Shown one piece after another: positions 10,533 to 20,629 of a stretch of 64,000 nucleotides of DNA. The DNA lies in NCBI GenBank assembly GCA_041687695.1, contig JAWLBL010000017.1, positions 32,001 through 96,000 on the forward strand, in the 5' to 3' direction. Position numbers and translations under genes: made by a program. The notes beneath the pieces were generated by a model. That model saw nothing but the letters and a program-made list of their open reading frames with translations. It made no database searches and was not told the DNA's origin. Numbering within the stretch: position 1 is the stretch's first letter; every line of letters starts with the position of its first letter. Source of the stretch: Myxococcota bacterium (GTDB lineage: Bacteria > Myxococcota_A > UBA9042 > PHBI01 > JAWLBL01).

Positions 10533-12641
10533 TCAGGCGTCGTCGTCCTCGGGAGCGGCCAGCGGGAGGCGGAGCTCGACGGCCGTCCCGGTGCCCTGGG
10601 CGGGGGCGAGCGAGATGCGCCAGCCGTGCGCGTCCGCGATGCGCTTGACGATGGGCAGGCCCAGCCCGGCGCCGGGGACCACCCGGGCGGCGTGTCGCGA
10701 GTGGTAGAAGCGCTCGAACAGGTGGGGCCGCTCGCGCTCGGGGTGGCCGGGGCCGTCGTCGACCAGGCGCAGCAGCGCCGCGTCCGCTCGCTCCAGGGTG
10801 AGGGTGACCGCGAGGTGGCCGCCGCTGTGGATGAAGCGGAGCGAGTGGCCGGCGAGGTTGTGCATCAGCTGGGCGAGCAGGCCGGGATCGGCGTGGACCG
10901 GGACCGCGTCCTCGGGCGTCTCGACCGCCAGCGTGATGGCCAGCTCGCGGCACAGGGGGGCGAAGAACTGGTGCAGCTCGTGCACCGCGAGCCGGGCGTC
11001 GATGACCCGCGTGTGCGGCTTGGCGCGGCCGGCCTCGAGGCGGGTCATGGCGAGCATGTCCTCGATGAGCGTGCCCAGCCGCTGGGCCTCGCGGTCGATG
11101 ATGCGCAGGAAGTCGATGCGGTCGACCAGCGTCATCTCGGCGTCCTCGAGCATGGTCAGGGCGACGCCGCGCAGGGTGGCGATGGGCGTGCGCAGCTCGT
11201 GGCTGACGTTCGAGAAGAACTCGTCGCGCATCCGGTCGGCCTGCTTGAGCGGCGTGATGTCGCGGAGCGTGACGACCCAGCCCTCGGAGCCGCTGCCGGC
11301 GGCGCTCATCGGCGCGACCGAGAGCAGCGAGTCGCTGATGCGCGCGCCGGGGACGCGGATCTCCTCGACCACGCGGGTGACGCGGCCGGCGCGCAGGGCG
11401 TCGAGCTCGTCGCGTAGCCAGGCGCTCGCGGGGAGCAGGTCGAGCAGGTGGCGGCCCTCGAGGTCGCGTGGGCCGGCGCCGAAGAGGGCGCGCGCGGCGG
11501 GGTTGGTCAGGACGATGCGGCCGTCGCCGTCGGTGACCAGCAGCCCCTCGCCCATCGAGTCCAGGATGTGGGCGAGCCGGTGGCGTTCGTTGGCGAGTTC
11601 GAAGGCGTGCGCGTGGTAGCGCGCTTCGAGGCGACGTTGCGCGGTCACGTCGCGGAGGACGACCATCGTGCCCGTCTCGCCGGGCAGGTCGGGCGTGCGC
11701 ACGGGATAGGAGCTGACGACGAACACCCGGTGTCGCCACACGACCTCGCGGCGGCGGATCCCGCGGGTCGCCTCCCCTCGGGGGAAGCTCGTCTGGCGAG
11801 GGCAGGCCGTGCAGGGGACGCGCTCGCTGCCGCAGACCTCGTCGCAGCGCAGGCCCATGAGCGGGTGCCGCAGCCAATCGCGGACGGTCTCGTTGGCCCC
11901 GTGGATCACGCCGGAGGCGTCGATCAGGAGCGTGCCCTCGAGCGGCAGCTGATCGATGCGCGCCTGGAGGTCGGCGCCGAGCGCCTGCAGCTCGAAGACG
12001 TCGTCGGGTCGGCGCCGGCCGAGGATGTGGCGCAGGTACCAGGTCTGCGAGAGCTGCGACGACAGGTCGGCGGAGAGATCGCCGAGCAGGTTGTGGACGA
12101 GGACGATGACGTCTTCGCTGAGCACGTCGGGGAGGGACTCGCTGGACGGTCGCCCCGGGGCTTCGGGGCCGTGGCGGCTATCGGCGGATTCGTCAGGGCC
12201 GAGGCGGATGCCGCTCGGCACCCCGACGACGAGGCAGCCGAGGGCGCGAGGCCCGTCCTCGGGCTCGACCACCAGCGGCCAGGCCACGATGTTCCATTGG
12301 GCGTCGGGGCTGGGGCCGTCGCGGCGGGCGCCGCGCAGCATGGCCGCGTGACAGACCTCGGCGATGCGCTCGAGCGCGGCGTGTTGCTGCGCCACGTCGG
12401 CGTTGGCCGCGGCGAACCTGGGCTCGGGGCCGACGAGGCGCAGGGTGCCGGGGAGCCGCTCGTCGCCCCGGGCGACGACGTAGAGCCCCATCGGGAGGTG
12501 GGCCAGATCCCCGAGGTCCTGCAAGGTCGACAGGATGCGCTCGGGATCGATCAGCTGGTCCAGGGTCACGTCCGGCTGCGCTCGACCGGAGGGCTGGGGC
12601 GCGCCGGGTGGCGCGACATCGACGACGGGTTCCGTGGCCAT
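10533..12641 (-). CDS. Cytoplasmic PAS-domain sensor histidine kinase (PocR-like N-terminus, two PAS, HisKA, HATPase with atypical N-box)
   Basis: SHELRTP H-box, DDGPG, LFERFY, GAGLGL; PAS segment ILDSMGEGLLVTDGDGRIVLTNPAA. Confidence 0.85.
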   Translation of the reverse strand: MATEPVVDVAPPGAPQPSGRAQPDVTLDQLIDPERILSTLQDLGDLAHLPMGLYVVARGDERLPGTLRLVGPEPRFAAANADVAQQHAALERIAEVCHAAMLRGARRDGPSPDAQWNIVAWPLVVEPEDGPRALGCLVVGVPSGIRLGPDESADSRHGPEAPGRPSSESLPDVLSEDVIVLVHNLLGDLSADLSSQLSQTWYLRHILGRRRPDDVFELQALGADLQARIDQLPLEGTLLIDASGVIHGANETVRDWLRHPLMGLRCDEVCGSERVPCTACPRQTSFPRGEATRGIRRREVVWRHRVFVVSSYPVRTPDLPGETGTMVVLRDVTAQRRLEARYHAHAFELANERHRLAHILDSMGEGLLVTDGDGRIVLTNPAARALFGAGPRDLEGRHLLDLLPASAWLRDELDALRAGRVTRVVEEIRVPGARISDSLLSVAPMSAAGSGSEGWVVTLRDITPLKQADRMRDEFFSNVSHELRTPIATLRGVALTMLEDAEMTLVDRIDFLRIIDREAQRLGTLIEDMLAMTRLEAGRAKPHTRVIDARLAVHELHQFFAPLCRELAITLAVETPEDAVPVHADPGLLAQLMHNLAGHSLRFIHSGGHLAVTLTLERADAALLRLVDDGPGHPERERPHLFERFYHSRHAARVVPGAGLGLPIVKRIADAHGWRISLAPAQGTGTAVELRLPLAAPEDDDA

Positions 12642-12713
12642 TTCGACTCTCCCGGCGGGTTGGGCTACAGTACACCGCCGAATCCTCTCACGCGACCTGT
12701 GCGGGAGCTCAGC

Positions 12714-14144
12714 TTGGCCAAGCGTCAGATCCTCATCATAGACGACGAGCCCGACCTCGGTCGGACCATCGAGTACAACCTCCGCAAGCAGGGCTACGAA
12801 GTCCAGACCGTCCACACGGCCGCCGCCGGCCGCGCCACGGTCGAGGCCGGCTTCGACGGCGTCATCCTGCTGGACCTGCGGCTGCCGGACCAGGATGGGC
12901 TCGAGCTGGTCGAGCCGCTGATGATCGCCAACCCCCACAACCGCATCATCATCATGACCGCGCACGGCTCGACCGACGCGGCGGTCGAGGCGACCAAGAA
13001 GGGCGCCTACGACTTCGTGAACAAGACCGGCGACCTGCTCAGCCGCATCATCGTCGCGGTCAAGAACGCGTTCCGCGACCGGGAAATGTCCTGGCGCGTG
13101 AGCGCGCTCGAGGAGGAGGTCTCGTCCCGGTACCAGTTCGGGATGATCGTCGCGCGCAGCCCGCAGATGCGCAACGTGTTCGACCGGCTGCAGAACGTCG
13201 TCGACTCGCGGGTGACGGTCCTGGTGACGGGCGAGAGCGGCACGGGCAAGGAGCTCGTGGCCAAGGCGATTCACTTCAACGGCCCGCGAAAGGCGGGGGC
13301 CTTCGTGGCCCTCAACTGCGCCGGCATCCCGGACACGCTGCTCGAGACCGAGCTGTTCGGCCACGAGCGCGGCGCCTTCACGGGGGCCGTCACCGCCAAG
13401 AAGGGCAAGTTCGAGGTGGCCGACGGCGGCACGATCTTCCTCGACGAGATCGGCGAGATGCCGCTGCAGCTGCAGGCCAAGATCCTGCGCGTCATCCAGG
13501 AGCGCACCATCGAGCGGGTCGGCGGCACCGAGCCGCGCCACGTCGACGTCCGCATCATCAGCGCCACCCACCGCAACCTGTTGCAGATGGTCGAGGAGGG
13601 GCGCTTCCGCGAGGACCTGTACTACCGGCTCGCGGTGTTCCCGGTGCACCTGCCTTCGCTGCGCGAGCGAGAGGGCGACGTGCCGTTGCTGGCGAACTAC
13701 TTCCTGCGCAAGTACGCGCAGGAAGAGGGCAAGAACCTGGCGGGGATCTCGCCGGCGGCGATGCGCATCCTCGAGGTCTACGCGTTCCCCGGCAACGTGC
13801 GCGAGCTCGAGAACATCATCAGCCACGCGGTCCTGGTCGCCTCCGGCGCCGAGCTGCGTCCGGACGACCTGCCCGCGTCGGTGGTCGACGCGACGCGGCA
13901 CTATCGATTGACCGAAGGGCCCGAGGCCGGCCTGCGGGACCTGACGCTCGAGCGCGCCTTCGAGCTGCTGTTCCAGGCGCCCGAGGAGCTGCCGACCATG
14001 GAGACCCTCGAGCACGAGCTACTGCGGCGAGCCTTGCGGCTGTGCGACGGCAACATCGTCCAGGCGGCCAAGCTGCTGGGACTGTCGCGCGCCACCATCT
14101 ACCGGCGGCTGGACCGGTTCGGGGGCAAGGACGAGCTGCTCTAG
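12714..14144 (+). CDS. NtrC-family sigma-54-dependent response regulator
   Basis: Receiver (IIDDEP, LLDLRLP, MTAHG), AAA+ GESGTGKE, GAFTGA, FPGNVREL, C-terminal Fis-type HTH; TTG/GTG start uncertain. Confidence 0.92.
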   Translation: MAKRQILIIDDEPDLGRTIEYNLRKQGYEVQTVHTAAAGRATVEAGFDGVILLDLRLPDQDGLELVEPLMIANPHNRIIIMTAHGSTDAAVEATKKGAYDFVNKTGDLLSRIIVAVKNAFRDREMSWRVSALEEEVSSRYQFGMIVARSPQMRNVFDRLQNVVDSRVTVLVTGESGTGKELVAKAIHFNGPRKAGAFVALNCAGIPDTLLETELFGHERGAFTGAVTAKKGKFEVADGGTIFLDEIGEMPLQLQAKILRVIQERTIERVGGTEPRHVDVRIISATHRNLLQMVEEGRFREDLYYRLAVFPVHLPSLREREGDVPLLANYFLRKYAQEEGKNLAGISPAAMRILEVYAFPGNVRELENIISHAVLVASGAELRPDDLPASVVDATRHYRLTEGPEAGLRDLTLERAFELLFQAPEELPTMETLEHELLRRALRLCDGNIVQAAKLLGLSRATIYRRLDRFGGKDELL

Positions 14145-14169
14145 CCGGCGCGGCCGGGGCGCGCGACGG

Positions 14170-15006
14170 TCAGTCCGCCAGCAGCGCGTCGAGGGCCGCG
14201 GCGCGGGCGGGATCGAGCGCGGGCCGGGACAGGGCCAGGGCCGTCGTCGCCAGGGCGCGATACGTGGCGGCGAGGTGGGGGTCCAGCGCGTCGAGGCGCG
14301 TCAGGTGACCGGCGACGGTCTCGACGTCGCCGCGCGCGATGGGGCCGGTGACGACCGCCTCCGGCAGGCCGGCGGCCAGGTTGACCAGGGCGCCACGGGC
14401 GAGCGGGAGCAGGGCGTCGCGGGCCTCGGGGCGGGTGAGGCCGCAAGCCTCGAGCATGGTGACGGCCTGCGCGAACAGGGCCGTGGCGTGGCCGGCGACC
14501 GAGACGGCGGCCGCGTGGTAGAGCGGCTTGGTGCCCGGGGCGAGGCGGCGCGGGACCATGCCCAGGCGCTGGGCGATGTGTTCGGCCATGGCCAGCGCGC
14601 GCGGGTCGCCGTCGAGGCCGGCCGTGGCGCCGGCGAGGTGGTCGGGCGGGACGAGCGGGCCCGGCAGGGCTTGCAGGGGGTGGAGTGCGCCAGCGGCGCC
14701 GGGCACGCGGGCGTCGACGCGGACCACGTCGCCGGGGCGGGAGCCCGAGGCGTGCAGCCAGACCTCGCGCGAGGCGCTGGGCCGAGCGGCCATGCGGGTC
14801 GCGGCGGCCTCGATGGCGGCGTCGGCCACGACGAACCAGACGACGTCGACCTCGGGCAGGTCGAGCGGGTCGAGCGCGTCGCCGCGGCTCCAGTGCCAGG
14901 ACGGCGTCAGTCCGGCGCGCTCGAGCAGGACGGCCAGGCTCTGTCCGGCACGTCCGCGCCCGACGAGGCCGACGCGCGGCCATCCGGGGTCAGCGGTACA
15001 GGCCAT
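14170..15006 (-). CDS. Rossmann-like + DUF2520 oxidoreductase (PanG-like)
   Basis: VGRGRAG, HASGS, LHPLQAL, YHAAAV, VTGPIARGD motifs. Confidence 0.8.
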   Translation of the reverse strand: MACTADPGWPRVGLVGRGRAGQSLAVLLERAGLTPSWHWSRGDALDPLDLPEVDVVWFVVADAAIEAAATRMAARPSASREVWLHASGSRPGDVVRVDARVPGAAGALHPLQALPGPLVPPDHLAGATAGLDGDPRALAMAEHIAQRLGMVPRRLAPGTKPLYHAAAVSVAGHATALFAQAVTMLEACGLTRPEARDALLPLARGALVNLAAGLPEAVVTGPIARGDVETVAGHLTRLDALDPHLAATYRALATTALALSRPALDPARAAALDALLAD

Positions 15007-15562
15007 GGGCTTCGATGAGGTCCAGTGCGCCCGGCGGGACCAGGTGTCCGACGGGCTGCCCGCTGGCGATGCGCGCGCGGATGTCCGTCGAGGAGACCGG
15101 AGGCAGGCGCGCCGCGATGGTGGCTCCCGGCGGGTCAGGCTCGCCGTCGCGGCCGAGGATGATGAAGCGCATCAGGCGTTGGAGGTCGTCCCAGCGCTTC
15201 CAGCGGTGGCGATCCCGGAACAGGTCCGTGCCGCCGACGAAGGCGAGCTCGGCGCCGGGGTGCTCGGCCAACAGGGCCTCGACGGTGTCGATGGTGTAGC
15301 TGGTCCCGCCGCGGCGCTGCTCGACGCGATCGACCCGGATCCGGGGGCCGAGGTGAGCCATGGCGGCCTCTATCATCGCGCAGCGCAGCTCGAACGGGGC
15401 CATGCGCTTGCCGAAGGCGTGCTGGAAGACCGGCACGACGCGCAACTCGTCGACGTCCTCGCGGCAGAGCACCCAGGTGGCGGCGAGCACGTGACAGATG
15501 TGCGGCGGGTCGAAGCTGCCGCCGTACAGCGCGATGCGCGGCGGGCGCGCCTCAGGGCGCAT
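14990..15562 (-). CDS. nadD: Nicotinate-nucleotide adenylyltransferase
   Basis: LYGGSFDPPHICH, SYTIDTV, VGGTD, W(K)RW, VSSTDIR. Confidence 0.88.
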   Translation of the reverse strand: MRPEARPPRIALYGGSFDPPHICHVLAATWVLCREDVDELRVVPVFQHAFGKRMAPFELRCAMIEAAMAHLGPRIRVDRVEQRRGGTSYTIDTVEALLAEHPGAELAFVGGTDLFRDRHRWKRWDDLQRLMRFIILGRDGEPDPPGATIAARLPPVSSTDIRARIASGQPVGHLVPPGALDLIEAHGLYR

Positions 15563-16679
15563 CCGGCTTCCAGGCCGCCGCCTCGGCGGAGGCCTGCTCG
15601 AGCACCTTGTCGACGTCCTGGCCCTTGTCGAGCGCCTTGCGGAGCGACTCGGAGCCCCACAGGAGGTCGATGGCGGGCACCCCCGGCGGTCCGCCCCAGG
15701 TCGCCGCGTCGGCGTCTCGCCAGGCGAAGGCGGCGGGGGCGACGCTCTTGACGGCGTGCAGGACGAACAGGCCGGTCGCCACTGCGTTTGCGACCGTGCG
15801 GTCGTAGATGCGCACGAACACGCCGGTGCAGCGCTCGCCGGCGTGCGGCCCGGCGGTCGGCCGGAAGACCTGGGGGACGAAGTCGACCCCAGGGTTGTCG
15901 CGCTTGCGAAGGGCGTCGACCAGGGCGACGGGGTCGAGCCCCGGCGCGCCGACGAGCAGGTAGGGCGTGGTCGTGCCGAGGCCCACGGACAGGGTCGTGG
16001 CCTCGAGCAGCCCGATGCCCGCGTAGGCGACGGCGGCCTCGAGCGAAGGGAGCCGTGGGACCGGCGGGACGTAGGCGATGCGTCCGTGGCGATCGCAGGC
16101 GACCACGCGCAGGTCGGCTCGGGTCGCGGCATCATGGCCGGAGGCCAGCCACTGCGCGAGCTGTCCGCCGGTCAGCCCGTGACGCAGGGGAAGGCCCGGC
16201 GCGACGCCGCGAGCGCTCTCGAAGCCGGAGCGGAGGACGGGGCCCTCGCGCTTGAGGCCGATGGGGTTCGGGCGGTCGAGGACCCACACGGGCACCTGCT
16301 TGGCGGCGGCCTGCGTCAGCAGCGCGTCCAGGCAGCGCGAGGTCGCGGCCGTGCGCGTCCCCGGGTCGCGCAGGTCACAGACGACCGCGTCGACGTCCGC
16401 GAACGCCGGGTCGGCCCAGCCGCCCTGACCCCGCGCCTCGAAGCGCGCCACGGGCAGCCCGAACACCGGATCGACGGCCTCGTCGTCGGCGCCGGCGGCC
16501 CAAAGGCCATGTGGCGGCGCCAACAGCCGAAGCACGCGCACTCCCGGGATGCCACGAAGGACCTGGGCGGCGTGCCGTCCCCACATGTCGACGGCGGTCG
16601 CGTCGGCCAGCAGCGCCACACGCCGCCCCGCCAGCCCCTCGTCGAACCCCGATGCCAGCTTGTCGAGTCCGGTCTGCAT
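15552..16679 (-). CDS. DUF1343 / NamZ exo-beta-N-acetylmuramidase family protein, divergent
   Basis: MQTGLD start, VLDRPNPIG, PLRHGLTGG, PxPRLPS, GLGTTTPY, DLLWGS typical of DUF1343. Confidence 0.75.
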   Translation of the reverse strand: MQTGLDKLASGFDEGLAGRRVALLADATAVDMWGRHAAQVLRGIPGVRVLRLLAPPHGLWAAGADDEAVDPVFGLPVARFEARGQGGWADPAFADVDAVVCDLRDPGTRTAATSRCLDALLTQAAAKQVPVWVLDRPNPIGLKREGPVLRSGFESARGVAPGLPLRHGLTGGQLAQWLASGHDAATRADLRVVACDRHGRIAYVPPVPRLPSLEAAVAYAGIGLLEATTLSVGLGTTTPYLLVGAPGLDPVALVDALRKRDNPGVDFVPQVFRPTAGPHAGERCTGVFVRIYDRTVANAVATGLFVLHAVKSVAPAAFAWRDADAATWGGPPGVPAIDLLWGSESLRKALDKGQDVDKVLEQASAEAAAWKPDAP

Positions 16680-16685
16680 GCGCCC

Positions 16686-17483
16686 CTACTGGTTCCGATG
16701 CCACTCCCGCCACAGCGGGTAGTCCTCGCCGAAGTTCTTGCCGGTCTGGTGCGTCAGCGCCCCGGCCACCGATCGCCGCATCAGCGTGTCCTCGGTGTTC
16801 AGCGCCTCGATGAGCGGCTTGACGGCCGGCGCGTACTTCACCCACTTGAGGCCGTCGGCCGCTACGCGTCGGATCTCGTCGTCCACGTCGTGGAGCGCCT
16901 TGACGAGCGCCGGTCCGCACTCGGGCCGCCCCGACAGCCCCAGGCCCAGGACGGCCTCGCGCCGGACGTTCTTGTCCCGGTCCAGCGCCGCGTGGGCCAG
17001 CGCCTTGAGGATCCTGGCGTCTCCGCCGTGTGGCCAGTTGCCCAGCACGCGAATCACCGCCGCTCGGACGCTGGCGTCGGGGTCCTCGACCAGCTTGAGC
17101 AGCGCCCGCTGCACCTGCTTGTCGCGTCGCTCGGCCAGCAGGCTCACCGCCAGCGAGCGGATGAGCGGCGGCATCTTCCGATCGGCGAGCAGGTTCACCA
17201 ACAGCTGCGTGCTGGCGGCGGACTCGTCGGCCCCGAGGACGGTCATCGACAGGATCTGGCCCGGCTGTCCCATCCTCGGCAGCGCCTGGTAGGTCGGCCG
17301 CAGCCCCGCGGGTCCGGCGTTGGTCAGCGTCGCCGCCGCGTACACGCACACCGGCGCGCCCATGTCCTTGCATGCGACCAGGCGCTCGACCGCCTCGGCG
17401 AGATCCTCGCGCGGAGGGAGCCCGAGCAGCAGCGAGACGATGAGAGCGCCCATGGAGGTCATGGGCGACATCGTAGACGACAT
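16686..17483 (-). CDS. HEAT-repeat protein, probably exported
   Basis: Repeats of L..D.D..VR..A...LG; C-terminal TGKNFGEDYPLWREWH; hydrophobic N-terminus. Confidence 0.75.
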   Translation of the reverse strand: MSSTMSPMTSMGALIVSLLLGLPPREDLAEAVERLVACKDMGAPVCVYAAATLTNAGPAGLRPTYQALPRMGQPGQILSMTVLGADESAASTQLLVNLLADRKMPPLIRSLAVSLLAERRDKQVQRALLKLVEDPDASVRAAVIRVLGNWPHGGDARILKALAHAALDRDKNVRREAVLGLGLSGRPECGPALVKALHDVDDEIRRVAADGLKWVKYAPAVKPLIEALNTEDTLMRRSVAGALTHQTGKNFGEDYPLWREWHRNQ

Positions 17484-17503
17484 CGCTCGGCGCGGCCAGC
17501 GCG

Positions 17504-18166
17504 CTATCCGGTGACGGCGGCCTCGACGGCGCGGACGAAGGCGCTCATCAGGGCCGTGCTCTTGACCCCGGGGCGCGTCTCGATGCCGCTGGCGACGTCG
17601 ACCCCGAAGGGCGCGAGCTGGCGCACCACGGCGCCCACGTTCTCGGGCGTCAAGCCGCCTGCCAGAAAGCCCCTCGGGTGCGCCAACGCGAGGCGCGCCA
17701 GCTCGGTCCGCAGCATGCGGCCCGTGCCTCCCGGCGAGGTCGGGCTGAACGCGTCGACCAGGTAGCCGACCGACGGCTCGCCCAGGTAGCGGGGGATGCC
17801 GTCGACGTCCTGCGCGCCGCGCAACCGAAACGCCTTGATGAAGCGGTGGCCGTGGCGGGCGCACTGCTCGGGCGTCTCGTCGCCGTGGAATTGCAGGATG
17901 TCGGGCTTGACGTGTTCGAGGACGCCCTGGACCAGGTCTTCGTGGGCATCGACGAAGACGGCGACGACCCGCGCGCGGGCGGCGGGGCGGCGCGGGTGGG
18001 CGAGGCGGCGCACGGCGGCGGCGATGGTGACGGCCTGGCCGAAGCTGACGGCGCGCGGCGAGCCGGGCCAGAAGTTCAGGCCGACGAGGTCCGCGCCGGC
18101 CGCGACCGCGTCGCGCGCGTCCTCGGCGCTGGTGATGCCGCACATCTTGATGAGTGGGCGCTTCAC
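17504..18166 (-). CDS. trpF: Phosphoribosylanthranilate isomerase
   Basis: IKMCGIT, SPRAV, LQFHGDE, GGTG, LAGGLTPENV, VDVASGIE. Confidence 0.95.
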   Translation of the reverse strand: MKRPLIKMCGITSAEDARDAVAAGADLVGLNFWPGSPRAVSFGQAVTIAAAVRRLAHPRRPAARARVVAVFVDAHEDLVQGVLEHVKPDILQFHGDETPEQCARHGHRFIKAFRLRGAQDVDGIPRYLGEPSVGYLVDAFSPTSPGGTGRMLRTELARLALAHPRGFLAGGLTPENVGAVVRQLAPFGVDVASGIETRPGVKSTALMSAFVRAVEAAVTG

Positions 18167-18978
18167 CGCACGGGCTCCGGGGTGTCCGCCGCGAGCAGCG
18201 CGCCCAGGGCCGCGCCTGGATCGCCAGCCGCCATCAGGCTCGAGCCGACCAGGAACACGTCGTAGCCGGCCGCACGCAGCCGGCGCACGTCGGCGGCGGT
18301 GGCGACCCCGCTCTCGGTGACGGCCACCGCGTGCGGCGGGATGAGCGGGCGCAACCGCTCGCTGGTGGCGAGGTCGATGTGGAAGCTGCGCAGATCGCGG
18401 TTGTTGACGCCGATGAGGCGGGCGCCGATGTCGACCGCGCGACGGACCTCGTCCTCGTCGTGGGCCTCGACCAGCATCGTCAGCCCGGCCCGCTGCCCGG
18501 CCTCGTGCAGGCGGGCGAGGGTGGTGTCGTCGAGGGCCGCGACGATGAGCAGCGCCATGGCCGCGCCGGCCGCGCGGGCTTCGAGCAGCTGGACCTCGTC
18601 GACGACGAAGTCCTTCCGAAGGCAGGGCAGGGGGACGGCGCCGGCGACCTCGACCAGGTCCTCGAGGCTGCCGCCGAAGTACTCGGGCTCGGTCAGCACG
18701 CTGATGGCCGCTGCTCCGTGCGTGGCGTAGGCGCGCGCCACCGCGACGGGGTCGGCGTCGGTCCGGATGGCGCCCGCGCTGGGGCTGCGGCGCTTGACCT
18801 CGGCGATGACGCGAACGCCGGGGGCGCGCAGGGAGGCGAGGGCGTCGGGCGGCGGGGGCGCGTCGGCGGCGGCCCGCTCGAGGGCGCCGCGGTCGAAGGG
18901 GAAGGCCGCCAGGCGGCGGCGGGTGCGCGCGACGATGCGGTCCAGGATGGTCTCGGCGGCCGAGCCGGCGGAGGTCAT
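18163..18978 (-). CDS. trpC: Indole-3-glycerol phosphate synthase
   Basis: IAEVKRRSPSAG, SVLTE, LRKDF, GVNNRDL, ESG, FLVGSSLM. Confidence 0.95.
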   Translation of the reverse strand: MTSAGSAAETILDRIVARTRRRLAAFPFDRGALERAAADAPPPPDALASLRAPGVRVIAEVKRRSPSAGAIRTDADPVAVARAYATHGAAAISVLTEPEYFGGSLEDLVEVAGAVPLPCLRKDFVVDEVQLLEARAAGAAMALLIVAALDDTTLARLHEAGQRAGLTMLVEAHDEDEVRRAVDIGARLIGVNNRDLRSFHIDLATSERLRPLIPPHAVAVTESGVATAADVRRLRAAGYDVFLVGSSLMAAGDPGAALGALLAADTPEPVR

Positions 18979-20012
18979 GGCGCGAGCTCCTGCGAGAGGG
19001 TGGCGAGCGCGAGCAGGCGCTGCGCGGCGGCCCCGCTGGCGAGCACGTCGGTGGCCAGCGCCACGCCGCTGGCGAGATCGGCGGCGACCTCGGCGGCGAA
19101 GAGGGCGGCGCCCGCGTTCAGGCGGACGATGTCGGCGCAGGGGCCGCGGCCGCCCTCGAGCACGCCTCTGACGATGCGAGCGTTGTCCTGGACGTCTCCG
19201 CCAGCGACGGCGCGGATGGGGGCGCGGGCGATGCCGAACGTCTCGGGCGCGACGGTGAGCTCTCGGACCTCTCCGCCGTCGAGCACAGCGACGTGGCTGG
19301 GCCCAGTCAGCGTCAGCTCGTCCAGGCCGTCGCTGCCGTGGACGACCATGGCCCGGCGCGTGCCGAGCCGTCCGAGGACGGACGCGACCGTTGCCAGGCG
19401 TCGGTGATCGAAGACGCCTACCAGCTGGTGCGTGGCGCGCGCCGGGTTGGTCATCGGCCCCAGGAGGTTCAGCAGCGTGCGGAAGCCTAGGGCGCGGCGG
19501 GCCTCGGCGGCGTGGCGCAGCGCGCTGTGGTGCATGGGCGCGAACATGAAGCCGATGCCGACCTCGTCGATGCAGCGCGTCACGGCCTCGGGGCCCAGAT
19601 CCACGCGCACGCCCAGCGCCTCGAGGACGTCGGCCGAGCCCACGCGCGACGAGATGGCGCGGTTGCCGTGCTTGGCGACGGTGACCCCGGCGGCGGCGCA
19701 GACGAAGGCGACCGCGGTCGAGACGTTGAAGGTCCCGGCCCCGTCGCCGCCCGTGCCGCAGGTGTCCAAGAGCCGCTCGGCACGCGGCTGGATGGGGACG
19801 ACGCGGGAACGCATCGCGCGGACGGCGCCCGCGATCTCGTCGACCGTCTCGCCCTTCATGCGCAGCGCGGTCAGCAGCCCGGCGATCTGCCCCTCGGACG
19901 CCTGTCCGTCCATCACCGCGCCCAGGGCGTCGGCCATCTCGTCCTCGGACAGCGAGCCGCCCTCGACGACGCGGGCCAGCGCGGTCCGAATCGCCTCGTC
20001 AGGTCGCGTCAT
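18975..20012 (-). CDS. trpD: Anthranilate phosphoribosyltransferase
   Basis: [37 protein letters not shown]. Confidence 0.95.
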   Translation of the reverse strand: MTRPDEAIRTALARVVEGGSLSEDEMADALGAVMDGQASEGQIAGLLTALRMKGETVDEIAGAVRAMRSRVVPIQPRAERLLDTCGTGGDGAGTFNVSTAVAFVCAAAGVTVAKHGNRAISSRVGSADVLEALGVRVDLGPEAVTRCIDEVGIGFMFAPMHHSALRHAAEARRALGFRTLLNLLGPMTNPARATHQLVGVFDHRRLATVASVLGRLGTRRAMVVHGSDGLDELTLTGPSHVAVLDGGEVRELTVAPETFGIARAPIRAVAGGDVQDNARIVRGVLEGGRGPCADIVRLNAGAALFAAEVAADLASGVALATDVLASGAAAQRLLALATLSQELAP

Positions 20013-20629
20013 CGTGCGCCCTCCGACGTCTCGGGGCCGCGCACGAGGCCCAGGAAGTTGCCGAGCAGCGGCTTGCCCGCCTCGGTCAGGATGGACTCGG
20101 GGTGGAACTGCACGCCCCAGGTCGGGTGCTCGCGGTGCGCGACGCCCATGATGGTCCTGCCGGCAGGGTCTTCGGTCCAGGCCGTCACCTCGAGGCAGGC
20201 CGGCAGCGTCGCCGAGGCGATGGCCAGGCTGTGGTACCGCGTGGCCGCGAAAGGATCGGGGAGGCCCCGGAACACGTCGCTGTCTCGGTGGAACACCGGC
20301 GAGGTCTTGCCGTGCATGATGACGCCTGCGCGGACGATGTCGCCGCCGAAGGCCGCGCCGATGGACTGATGGCCCAGGCAGACGCCAAGGATGGGGCGGA
20401 TCCCGGAGCCGCGCCGGATGAGCTCGACCGAGATCCCCGCCTCGTTGGGGCTGCAGGGGCCGGGCGAGACGACGTACGCGTCGACCTCGCGCTCGAGGGC
20501 CTCGTCGACGGTCAGGCTGTCGTTGCGGACGACCTCGACCTCGGCCCCCAGCTCACCCAGGTACTGCACCAGGTTCCAGGTGAAGCTGTCGTAGTTGTCG
20601 ACCATCAGCAGACGTACCGCGCCGCTCAT
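20009..20629 (-). CDS. trpG: Anthranilate synthase component II (glutamine amidotransferase)
   Basis: DNYDSFT, SPGPCSP, GVCLGHQ, RYHSL, QFHPES. Confidence 0.95.
   Translation of the reverse strand: MSGAVRLLMVDNYDSFTWNLVQYLGELGAEVEVVRNDSLTVDEALEREVDAYVVSPGPCSPNEAGISVELIRRGSGIRPILGVCLGHQSIGAAFGGDIVRAGVIMHGKTSPVFHRDSDVFRGLPDPFAATRYHSLAIASATLPACLEVTAWTEDPAGRTIMGVAHREHPTWGVQFHPESILTEAGKPLLGNFLGLVRGPETSEGAR

Noticed and set aside
10533..14015. 1160-aa kinase and 898-aa regulator as given by the ORF track
   Set aside because: Their N-terminal extensions are antisense overlaps of each other; real starts are near 12641 (-) and 12714 (+)
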